A stretch of DNA of 64,000 nt from Candidatus Latescibacterota bacterium (GTDB taxonomy: Bacteria; Latescibacterota; UBA2968; UBA8231), in the NCBI GenBank assembly GCA_965261395.1, contig OZ253462.1, forward strand, positions 3,968,001 to 4,032,000, in the 5' to 3' direction. The stretch's first letter is position 1. Every line of letters begins with the position of its first letter. The position numbers and the translations under genes were made by a program. The notes below the pieces were generated by a model. That model did not search any database. It saw nothing but the letters and a program-made list of their open reading frames with translations, and was not told the origin of the DNA. This document shows positions 39,891 through 47,714 of this stretch, piece by piece.

Positions 39891-41139
39891 CAGCCCGGAA
39901 GAACTGTTGCAGAAGATACGCCTTGGAGAAGATACTTCGCTGGAACTCAAGGCCGTCCGGTTCAGGGGCGACCGGGTTTCCGGTCCTGGTCGCGATGAGT
40001 TGGCCGACGAGTTGGCAGCTATCGCCAATACTCACGACGGTGTACTTGTCTTGGGCGTAGACGACAAGACGCGAGACATCATAGGCATTCCGATAGACCA
40101 CCTTGATGCTGTCGAAAGCTTTGTCTATGAGATTTGCAATGAGAGCATCACGCCGCCAGTCCATTTTCGTTCTTTCCGTATGCAGCTCCCTGATGCCACG
40201 GGGAATCTCCGGTCCGTGCTCAACGTAGAAATCCCACGCAGCCTTTTTGTCCACAGGAGCCCTGGAGGATATTTCTTTCGGCAAGGAAGTTCAAAACGAG
40301 AGATGCCGCCCGATTATCTGACACGGCTGTCCCAGCAACTAAGCCAAGTTCGGCTGATTCGATTCGAGGAACAATCCGTGCCGCAATCGAGCAGGGACGA
40401 CTTATCCGAAAAGTTGTGGGCCAACTATATAACAAGATCTGATGAATCCGCGGGTATCGTGCTCCTTAAACGCGGTCTTTTGTCGAAGGAAGAAAGCGGG
40501 GCCGTCCGGGCTTCGGTTGCTGGCATTCTGGTCTGTTGCGAGGAGCCAGAGCGTTTTTTGCCTAATGCCTATATTGAAGCCGTGCGCTATCGCGGAAAAA
40601 AGCGGGATTCCAATTATCAGATAGACGCCCAAAAAATTCGCGGCCCGCTGAATCGACAGATCGAACAAGCTATGACCTTTCTCAGGAAAAACCAGACGGT
40701 CTCAGCCGTAAAAATTCCGCATCGGGTCGAAGTGCAGCAGTTCAGCGAAAGAGCGGTTTTTGAAGCGATTGTCAATGCTGTGGCTCACCGCGATTATTCC
40801 ATTTTCGCCTCGAAAATACGGTTCTTCATGTTTGAAGATCGGTTGGAAATCTACTCGCCAGGTACTCTCCCGAATACCGTGACCATTGACAGCATCTCCC
40901 TCCGTCAGGCTACCCGAAACGAACTGATTACCAATCTGCTTACAGAGACGCCAGTGGCGGGAACGGTCGGCGATGTGGGACGTAGTTTTTACATGGAAAA
41001 GCGAGGCGAGGGTGTTCCAATCATTTTTGACGAGAGCGAAAAACTTTCCGGAAAGAAGCCTGTTTATCGACTTATTGACGACTCCGAACTGCTACTGACC
41101 ATTTTTTCGAGGGGCACGGAACGTGCGGATGAGCACTGA
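39883..41139 (+). CDS. AlbA_2 + HATPase_c_4 (RecG-C-like) protein
   Basis: GEDTSLELK, AAIANTHDGVLVLGVDD, EAIVNAVAHRDY, EIYSPG, RNELI, MEKRGEG. Confidence 0.85.
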   Translation: MFNSPEELLQKIRLGEDTSLELKAVRFRGDRVSGPGRDELADELAAIANTHDGVLVLGVDDKTRDIIGIPIDHLDAVESFVYEICNESITPPVHFRSFRMQLPDATGNLRSVLNVEIPRSLFVHRSPGGYFFRQGSSKREMPPDYLTRLSQQLSQVRLIRFEEQSVPQSSRDDLSEKLWANYITRSDESAGIVLLKRGLLSKEESGAVRASVAGILVCCEEPERFLPNAYIEAVRYRGKKRDSNYQIDAQKIRGPLNRQIEQAMTFLRKNQTVSAVKIPHRVEVQQFSERAVFEAIVNAVAHRDYSIFASKIRFFMFEDRLEIYSPGTLPNTVTIDSISLRQATRNELITNLLTETPVAGTVGDVGRSFYMEKRGEGVPIIFDESEKLSGKKPVYRLIDDSELLLTIFSRGTERADEH

Positions 41140-41172
41140 TGTAAGCGGTCGGTATTTAGGATCGGATGCACG

Positions 41173-41253
41173 ATGAGTAACTGGCGCAACCAGATTCTTC
41201 ACGAATTCACGCCCAACGTAGCCCGTCTGACACTGGTCGCCGACCCTGACGGG
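41173..41253 (+). pseudogene. Direct repeat C copy 2: orphan pglZ start
   Basis: ATG-initiated MSNWRNQILHEFTPNVARLTLVADPDG, then abrupt junction into the antisense strand of the sialidase-fusion gene. Confidence 0.9.
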
Positions 41254-43462
41254 GCACCTGTTCTACCGACCCGTGCCAGAAGGCGATCCGCTCGCGCTTC
41301 CACGTATAGGTAATGGCCATGCCGACTTGGGTGGGGATGATCGCCGGATAGGAGTACTCGCCGTCGGCGGTTTCTAAGTCCAAGCGGCGCGGCCACGTCT
41401 GCCCATTGTCCGTTGAGAGTAGGATCGACAGCGGGGTGCGCGTGCGCTCCACCGGGTTACAGACGAGGGCGAGGGTGCCGTCGTGGAGGAGGGCTACGTC
41501 GAGGCCGCTGTTGTTGTTGGGCAGGTCCGTCGGATAGAGCGGCGACCAAGTTCGCCCACCGTCCGCTGAATCGCTGCGACCGATCCGCCCGCAGGTGCTG
41601 CGGGCCAGCAGATGCACCTGCCCTGGGGCCGATTCCCACAGCGTCGGCTGGATCGCGCCGCGGCCGGTAAAGAGCGAGCGGTCGCGCACTATGAGATCGC
41701 TGGCCTGCCAAGTCGCGCCTCGGTCCGCGCTGCGATCGACAAAGACCTCCCATCCATCCCTTTCCAGCGAGGCCCCGGCCAGCCACGTGCCGTCGGCGAG
41801 CACGAGGAGCTTGTTTTTGACCGGCCCGCGCCCGCCCCGGTCGCCCGGCACTAGTGCTCGCGGCTCGGTCCAAGTTTGGCCGTCGTCGGTCGATTCTATC
41901 ACCCAAGTCTCCCAATCGGCTATCCGCTCGCCCACCTTGAAGAACAGATAGACGCAGCCGTCGCCGCTGGCGTGGAGCACCGGATTCCAGTGGGCGCAGT
42001 CCCGCACCTTGGCCAAGCAGCGCGGGGCCGACCAACGTCCGTGCCGGCGCTCGGCTCCCCAGATCCCGACATCCGCGCGGCCCTCGCGGGTGCCACCAAA
42101 CCACGCGGCGAGCAACGCGCCGTTTTTGAGCAGCACCAAGGTTGAGGCGTGGCACTGGGCGAAGGGCCGGTCGTCGGCAAAGAGGTGCTCGCGGATGTGG
42201 ATCAAGTGGCGCAGGTAGTCTCCGTAGGTGGACAGATCGAGCGACTGGCCGCCGGCCTCAATGGCTTGCTGGATCGCGGCGAGGGGTGCGTCCTGCAAGT
42301 CGCGCCCATCGCGCTGGCAGATCCGCGCCGTCGTGCCGGCCGCAAAGCCCATCTGGGCACAGGTGGCTTGGATGCGGAAGGAACTCATGGCCATCTGGTC
42401 GCCCGCGGCCGAGCGCCCGGCTACTAGCAGATTAGCGGATCCTTTGGGCACTAGACTACGCAGTGGGATGTGATACGGCTCGACCATGGTGGTAATGCCC
42501 GTGCCGGCGCGCTCGACGCGGTCGGGCCAGTGGTAGTCGAGATGGTAGGTGCCCACTGCCACTGCGTCGGGGAAAGTGCAGGCATGGGTGACGTCCTCCT
42601 CGGTCAGGAGATATTCGCCGACAATGCGCCGTCCCTCGCGGGCACCGATGTGCCGGGAGACCGAGGCGAGGACGTGGGTGTCGAGTCGGGTGCCGCCGTA
42701 GCCCTTCGTCTGCAAGTAGTAAATCAGACCCATCATCTGCCGCCGCGCATGTAGTTCGGCGCGGGACAGGCTCTGGCCATCGGCCGCGTCAAACCCCACG
42801 ACCTTCATCTTGACTTCGACCTTGCCGGAGGGGAAGACGTGCAAGGTGGTCATGGGCAGGGCCTCGTCGTCGTCCCAAGTCGGGCAGCCCGGCGGCAAGA
42901 AGGGGACGACGGGTCGGCCGGTGTCCCACAGCACAAAGTACAGGCTCATGGGCAGTTGTTTGTTGGCCCCTTCGTGGATGGTCGCAAACCCGGCCGCGTG
43001 GGCTAGGGCGCAGTCGCCGGTGGCATCGACGACCATGCCGGGCCGGAACTCGATGCGGTCCGAGGCGCAGGCAACCTCGACCGAGGCGATGTGCCCGCCA
43101 GCGCGTTGCGCCGTCAAGGCGCGGGCGTGGAAGAGAATTTCGACGCCGGCTGCGGCGACCATTTCTTGCAAAAAGAAGGCGCACAATTCCAAGTCGTACG
43201 CACGGCGGTCGGCGAGCGGGTCGTACTCGGCGATGAGGTTGTGCTGGGCCAAGGTCGCGACGAGGCGGGCAAAAGGGGGGTTGACGCGCTGGCTGTCGCC
43301 GCAAAAACCAGCGACGCCCCCAGCCGTGCCTTGGCCTCCCAAGACATTGGCCGGCTCGACAATGGCAACGGTGGTGTCGGGCGTTTTGGCGGCGAGCGCG
43401 GCAAAGGTGCCGGCCATGCCGCCGCCGAGGACCAAGGTGTCGATGGGGCGGGTGATGGGCAT
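41207..43462 (-). CDS. FAD-dependent oxidoreductase fused to BNR/sialidase-like beta-propeller
   Basis: GGGMAG, DATGD, REGRRIVG, PYHIPLRSL; then CHAST and Asp-boxes STDDGQTW, SADRGATW, SADGGRTW, STDNGQTW, EYSYP. Confidence 0.85.
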   Translation of the reverse strand: MPITRPIDTLVLGGGMAGTFAALAAKTPDTTVAIVEPANVLGGQGTAGGVAGFCGDSQRVNPPFARLVATLAQHNLIAEYDPLADRRAYDLELCAFFLQEMVAAAGVEILFHARALTAQRAGGHIASVEVACASDRIEFRPGMVVDATGDCALAHAAGFATIHEGANKQLPMSLYFVLWDTGRPVVPFLPPGCPTWDDDEALPMTTLHVFPSGKVEVKMKVVGFDAADGQSLSRAELHARRQMMGLIYYLQTKGYGGTRLDTHVLASVSRHIGAREGRRIVGEYLLTEEDVTHACTFPDAVAVGTYHLDYHWPDRVERAGTGITTMVEPYHIPLRSLVPKGSANLLVAGRSAAGDQMAMSSFRIQATCAQMGFAAGTTARICQRDGRDLQDAPLAAIQQAIEAGGQSLDLSTYGDYLRHLIHIREHLFADDRPFAQCHASTLVLLKNGALLAAWFGGTREGRADVGIWGAERRHGRWSAPRCLAKVRDCAHWNPVLHASGDGCVYLFFKVGERIADWETWVIESTDDGQTWTEPRALVPGDRGGRGPVKNKLLVLADGTWLAGASLERDGWEVFVDRSADRGATWQASDLIVRDRSLFTGRGAIQPTLWESAPGQVHLLARSTCGRIGRSDSADGGRTWSPLYPTDLPNNNSGLDVALLHDGTLALVCNPVERTRTPLSILLSTDNGQTWPRRLDLETADGEYSYPAIIPTQVGMAITYTWKRERIAFWHGSVEQVPRQGRRPVSDGLRWA

Positions 43463-43591
43463 AGGGGCATCCGTTTGTTGGCGGGAATGGGAGTAATATA
43501 CGCATTCAGGAGGGCAGAGAGCAGACGGCGGCGGGGCGTTTGGCACTATTCAACGCCCCGTCTTCCTAAGACACTTATAGAAACCGCGCAG

Positions 43592-43654
43592 GGTTTGTCC
43601 GCTGACATGGCGAAGAAGAAGGCCAGCACGACGCGGCGGCGCTGGCGCGTTAGG
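43592..43654 (-). pseudogene. 63-bp fragment of the 2OG oxygenase near-3' region
   Basis: Matches 46831-46893 with 3 mismatches; encodes LTRQRRRVVLAFFFAMSADKP. Confidence 0.9.
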
Positions 43655-43826
43655 GAAAAAAATTCAACTCTTAATTTTTTCACGCAACGGACATTCCCTG
43701 ACCGCTTGAAACGTATATTCATCGGAGATAGTTGGAGCCGTGCTCCCAACCGAGGCAATCCACAAGGCTGATCGACGCCAATGCTTCTAAAGCGAGCCAA
43801 TTACCTACTTACCGGAGGATATCCCG

Positions 43827-45416
43827 ATGCGCGGTCTATCTTATTTCTTATTTTCTCTTTTCCTCCTCTCCTGCTCACAAGAGCTGCCTCTTTCCTCAGA
43901 TTCCCCCAGCGCTGCTGCATCTAAAGAGGCGAATGATGCGCCAGAAGGGTCGATAGCAGTCCATCCGGCCGGCAAAGTCACTGACGCCGACTGCCCCTTG
44001 TGCGGCTTCCTTGGCGATGACGAGCACACCATCCCCGAGGGGCAGGGTGGGCATACGGCACCGGAAGAAGAAGAGGACGAGGAGACGGAAGAAGAGGACG
44101 AGGAGACGGAAGAAGAGGACGAGGAGACGGAAGAAGAGGACGAGGAGACGGAAGAAGAGGACGAGAATGATCGGGCCGCGCTGGTCGCGCTCTATGAGGC
44201 AACCGGCGGCGACAACTGGCATTCTAACAGCAACTGGCTCAGTAGTGCTCCCCTAAAGGACTGGTATGGCGTTGATACGAATTCAGAGGGCCGGGTTACG
44301 AAATTGTGGGTGCATGAGAATGGCTTGCGTGGGTGGCTACCATCCGCATTGGGCAATCTCGAAAAACTGGAAGAGCTATGGCTAAGTGGCAACCAGTTAA
44401 GTGGGTCGATACCGCCTCAATTGGGACAACTTGCCAACCTGCGGGAAGTATATATCCGCTGGAATCGGTTCACCGGATGCCTTCCCCAAGCGTGGCAGAC
44501 GATCGAGGAAAATGATTTTGAAAGCGTGAGTCTTTCCTTCTGTGGCGATACGGCTGGCTCGTCAGACTCGGAGCCAGACTCGGGGCCAGATCCAGACCCG
44601 AAGCCAGATCCGGAAAAGGTCGGCTCTTCCGGCGCATTCCAAATCGAATTGGTCTATCGGAGTTCTATCTCCTCCAAGGAAAAGGTCCTTCTCCGGCGAG
44701 CAGCGGATCAATGGGAGGAAGCTATTACGGGCGATCTGCCCGACATCAGTTTTGTGTCTTCCCCTTATGATAAGTATATCTGGGACGTCGGAATGCGGGT
44801 GACCGTCACGGATGTAGTAGACGATGTACGCATTTTCGTGGGCTCGGGCACCTTTACGGGCTTATCTATGGCGGGTAGAGGAGGGGTAATCTCGGTACGG
44901 TCCGAAGGGAAGTTGCCGATCCTAAGTATCCTCGATATTTCCCCTTTCTTGTTCGGATATGACGACGATGATCTCTATAGGGTGATGCTCCATGAGATAG
45001 GACACTGCTTGGGGTTTGGAATCGTTTGGGAGGACTTGGAGCTTTTGCAGCACAATTACTTTTTTGGTGTGATGGCGCGACGGTGGTTTGATGTCTTGGG
45101 CGGTTCAAGCTATCGCGGGGAGAAAGTTCCCACTGAACCAGGGGGTGGCCATTGGCGCACATCCGTTTTTGGCGACGAACTGATGACCACTCGTCCGGTG
45201 AGTCCCTACAGGGCTCCCCTCTCAGCCATCACGATCGCTTCGATGAACGACATAGGCTACGAAGTCAACTTGGACGTCGCCGAAGAGTATAAGGTGCCTA
45301 GCCCGTCGGCGGCTAAGCCCGTGGCCGACGAGACTTGGCCGGGCTGCCAGATTCTCCACCAATCCATCGATGTCGTCGCCGAAGACGGGCACATTTTGGA
45401 CACCATCGACCCCTAA
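43827..45416 (+). CDS. Lipoprotein with acidic repeat, LRR domain and leishmanolysin-like (M8) zinc peptidase
   Basis: GGAGG RBS; lipobox LLSC; DRAALVALYEATGG LRR cap, LWLSGNQLSGSIPPQLGQL; HEIGHCLGFG, HW, ELM. Confidence 0.85.
   Translation: MRGLSYFLFSLFLLSCSQELPLSSDSPSAAASKEANDAPEGSIAVHPAGKVTDADCPLCGFLGDDEHTIPEGQGGHTAPEEEEDEETEEEDEETEEEDEETEEEDEETEEEDENDRAALVALYEATGGDNWHSNSNWLSSAPLKDWYGVDTNSEGRVTKLWVHENGLRGWLPSALGNLEKLEELWLSGNQLSGSIPPQLGQLANLREVYIRWNRFTGCLPQAWQTIEENDFESVSLSFCGDTAGSSDSEPDSGPDPDPKPDPEKVGSSGAFQIELVYRSSISSKEKVLLRRAADQWEEAITGDLPDISFVSSPYDKYIWDVGMRVTVTDVVDDVRIFVGSGTFTGLSMAGRGGVISVRSEGKLPILSILDISPFLFGYDDDDLYRVMLHEIGHCLGFGIVWEDLELLQHNYFFGVMARRWFDVLGGSSYRGEKVPTEPGGGHWRTSVFGDELMTTRPVSPYRAPLSAITIASMNDIGYEVNLDVAEEYKVPSPSAAKPVADETWPGCQILHQSIDVVAEDGHILDTIDP
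44067..44165 (+). repeat. Perfect 21-bp tandem repeat (4 full + 1 partial) encoding EEEDEET
   Basis: GAAGAAGAGGACGAGGAGACG repeated. Confidence 0.95.
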
Positions 45417-45505
45417 GACATGCAAGCCTAGCTAGGTTCAATTGATCTGAACAGGAGGATTGTGAACGCAATTATTTAGTTCCAATCCATCCGATCAGAG
45501 TCCCT

Positions 45506-45546
45506 CTAGGACCAGACGAAAATCGTCGGTTTGTCCGCTGGCATGG
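45506..45546 (-). pseudogene. 41-bp fragment of the 2OG oxygenase 3' end including stop
   Basis: Encodes MPADKPTIFVWS* versus native MSADKPEIFVWS* (46809-46849). Confidence 0.85.
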
Positions 45547-45742
45547 ACTTCCGGGTCGATCTAGTCCCTGAAAGGTTTCATTCATGGGTTGTGCCCGATA
45601 CAGCCGAACCCCGCACGGCCCCGTCCTCCCCGCTGTGCTGCCGCCTTGGCATGGATATTGCGATTGCAATTAGGAACGGACGTTACGCGGTCGGCTTCCC
45701 CATAGACCCGACCCGTCCCCTCAACCATCCAAGGCATTGTTT

Positions 45743-46618
45743 ATGACCGAATTCGATACCATCTCCAAACACCTCATCCACACCTACCCGGCTGACTTCG
45801 CCCGCTTTGCCCTTCAGCACGACGACCTTGAGGTGCTCGACGTCATCGACACCGAGCAACCTACCGTCGAGGCCCACCGCACCGATAGCCTCATCCGCGT
45901 GCGCGTCGGCGACGAGGAAGCCTTGGTGCATCACGAATTTCAAACCACCGATAGTACCCCGCCCATGCCGCGCCGCATGGCGGGCTATATCGGGCGCGGC
46001 ATTGAGCAGCACGGTCAGCCGATCTACTCCAGCGTCATCTATCTGCGCCCAGCGGCCGGCCGCACCGATCCGGGGCACTATATCCAAGAGCGGCACGGCT
46101 TCCGCGTCTTGGTGCAATACCAAGTGATTCGGCTGAGTGAATTAGACGGCCAACACATTCTCGACGGGGGACATTCGGGCTTGCTGCCGTTTGCACCGTT
46201 GATGCAGCGGCCGGCCGGGGTGGATGCGGAGGCATGGCTGCGCCAGTGTGTGAACCGGGCGCAGCAGGTGCCGATGGAAGAGGTGCTCAAAGCCAATTAT
46301 CTGGCCGATCTTGCTATTTTGAGCGGGTTGGTGTATAGATTAGAAACGATTATGGCCATCATCGCGGAGGAGACCATGTACGAATCGTCGGTAGTGCAGT
46401 ATTTCACGGAAAAGGGCATTGAGCAAGGCATTGAGCAAGGGATCCAAGAAAGCATCCAAGAAGTGTTGGCCCTGCGCTTTCAGCCGGAGGATATGCACCC
46501 GTTGGCCAGCCGCATTGGGGCCATTGACGATGTGCAGCGCCTCAAGCAGTTACATCGGGCGGCCGTCCAGATGCCCAATCTCGAAGCCTTCAGGTGCCTG
46601 TTAGACACCGACGAGTAG
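45743..46618 (+). CDS. Rpn/YhgA-like PD-(D/E)XK nuclease
   Basis: FDTISKHL, RTDSL, HHEFQT, MPRRMAGY, LLPFAPLM, EKGIEQGIEQG repeats. Confidence 0.8.
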   Translation: MTEFDTISKHLIHTYPADFARFALQHDDLEVLDVIDTEQPTVEAHRTDSLIRVRVGDEEALVHHEFQTTDSTPPMPRRMAGYIGRGIEQHGQPIYSSVIYLRPAAGRTDPGHYIQERHGFRVLVQYQVIRLSELDGQHILDGGHSGLLPFAPLMQRPAGVDAEAWLRQCVNRAQQVPMEEVLKANYLADLAILSGLVYRLETIMAIIAEETMYESSVVQYFTEKGIEQGIEQGIQESIQEVLALRFQPEDMHPLASRIGAIDDVQRLKQLHRAAVQMPNLEAFRCLLDTDE

Positions 46619-46808
46619 GCCCGCCGCGTACCTCAATGACTCAGTTTGAAATCTTACGTAAAGCGGCGTGGAGCTTCTCCAAGAGGCGAGGATTCAGCTA
46701 TACCAAAGCCTGCTTGCCGAACAAGGCCCGTTGCACGGTCTGAAGGCCGCGAGAGAATCCATCCCCGCCCGCTGCGCTAGGCAACCTTATCCTTTCTTTT
46801 TTGAAATC

Positions 46809-47657
46809 CTAAGACCAGACGAAAATCTCCGGTTTGTCCGCCGACATGGCGAAGAAGAAGGCTAGTACGACGCGGCGGCGCTGGCGCGTTAGGCGCTCTA
46901 CTTCGTGGATGTTTTCGGTGCAGAAGAAGTAGAGATCGCCCGGCGTCAGGCGAACTTGGACGCGGGGGATGCGGTGTTCGTCGACGTACTCGGCGAAGCG
47001 GTCTTGGCGCAGGACTTCCTCGACTTGGGGTTGGGTGCCCCAGCAGCGGTAGATAAAGGGTTCGTCGGCGCTTGCTTCATTGCTGGTCTGCAAGCACAAC
47101 ACCCCGGCGAACTGGCGCTGGAAGTCGGCGACTGCGTATTCGTAGCCGGGGCGGGAGCGCTTGGCGACGGAGTCGTAGTGGGGCCTGTGGCCTTCGGCGG
47201 CGTGATACATGCGGAAGATAGCCGGGCCGTAGAGCCGCCCGTCTGGTTCGCGCGCGGTTTGTACTACTTTGCCCTCGGCCAGATCGGATAGGGTCGAGTA
47301 CATCGTGCGCACTGGGTCTGCAAACCCCTCGAAGAGCGTGGCGAATAACTCGTGGGTGTGGGCAGCGTGGGTGAAGAAGGTGTCTGGATCGGCTCCGAGC
47401 CGTCCGAGGCTGGTGCCCAAGTCGAGATAGGGGCCACCGCTTAGCTGGGAAGCTTGACCCACGGTGGCCGGATCGAAATAGCCCCGCTCTTCAAAGCGGC
47501 GCATCAAGTCGCGGCAGTGATCGGGCGGGTAGGCACCCCGCAGGACCACGGCGGGGACGTCGCCGGCGGCTAAGGCGGTGAGAGGGCGGGGCAGGCTGTG
47601 CAGGAGAGCGGCCGTGCTGCGGCCTTCGACGGGTGTCCAGGCGTTGGGCTGGGTCAT
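46809..47657 (-). CDS. 2OG-Fe(II) oxygenase superfamily protein (right flank of island)
   Basis: PHYD (HxD), PGDLYFF, NIHEV, RVVL. Confidence 0.75.
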   Translation of the reverse strand: MTQPNAWTPVEGRSTAALLHSLPRPLTALAAGDVPAVVLRGAYPPDHCRDLMRRFEERGYFDPATVGQASQLSGGPYLDLGTSLGRLGADPDTFFTHAAHTHELFATLFEGFADPVRTMYSTLSDLAEGKVVQTAREPDGRLYGPAIFRMYHAAEGHRPHYDSVAKRSRPGYEYAVADFQRQFAGVLCLQTSNEASADEPFIYRCWGTQPQVEEVLRQDRFAEYVDEHRIPRVQVRLTPGDLYFFCTENIHEVERLTRQRRRVVLAFFFAMSADKPEIFVWS

Positions 47658-47714
47658 GGGAGTCCCTTACGGATAATTGTAATAATTCGTGTCAACTCAT
47701 TGTGAACGTGTTGG

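Noticed and set aside
42789-43800. Long alternative-frame ORFs overlapping the FAD-sialidase gene, and ORF 43546-43800
   Set aside because: GC-rich shadow frames; 43546-43800 merely reads through the 63-bp oxygenase fragment.
43729-43805. Leader with a hairpin and GGCAA...GACGC...CTAA...AGCCAATTACC, reminiscent of a c-di-GMP-I riboswitch
   Set aside because: Stems are too short and the GNRA loop is missing by eye; an Infernal/Rfam search would be needed.
44067-44165. Tandem repeat as a CRISPR array
   Set aside because: No spacers, in-frame coding repeat, no cas genes. No CRISPR, tRNA or rRNA was recognised in the window.
43565-45419. CCTAAGAC octamers at 43565 and 45412 matching the oxygenase stop region
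   Set aside because: Eight bp is near chance level; not counted among the tail copies.
45743-46618. Rpn gene as the transposase that built the island
   Set aside because: No terminal repeats or target duplication, and Rpn proteins are not demonstrated transposases.
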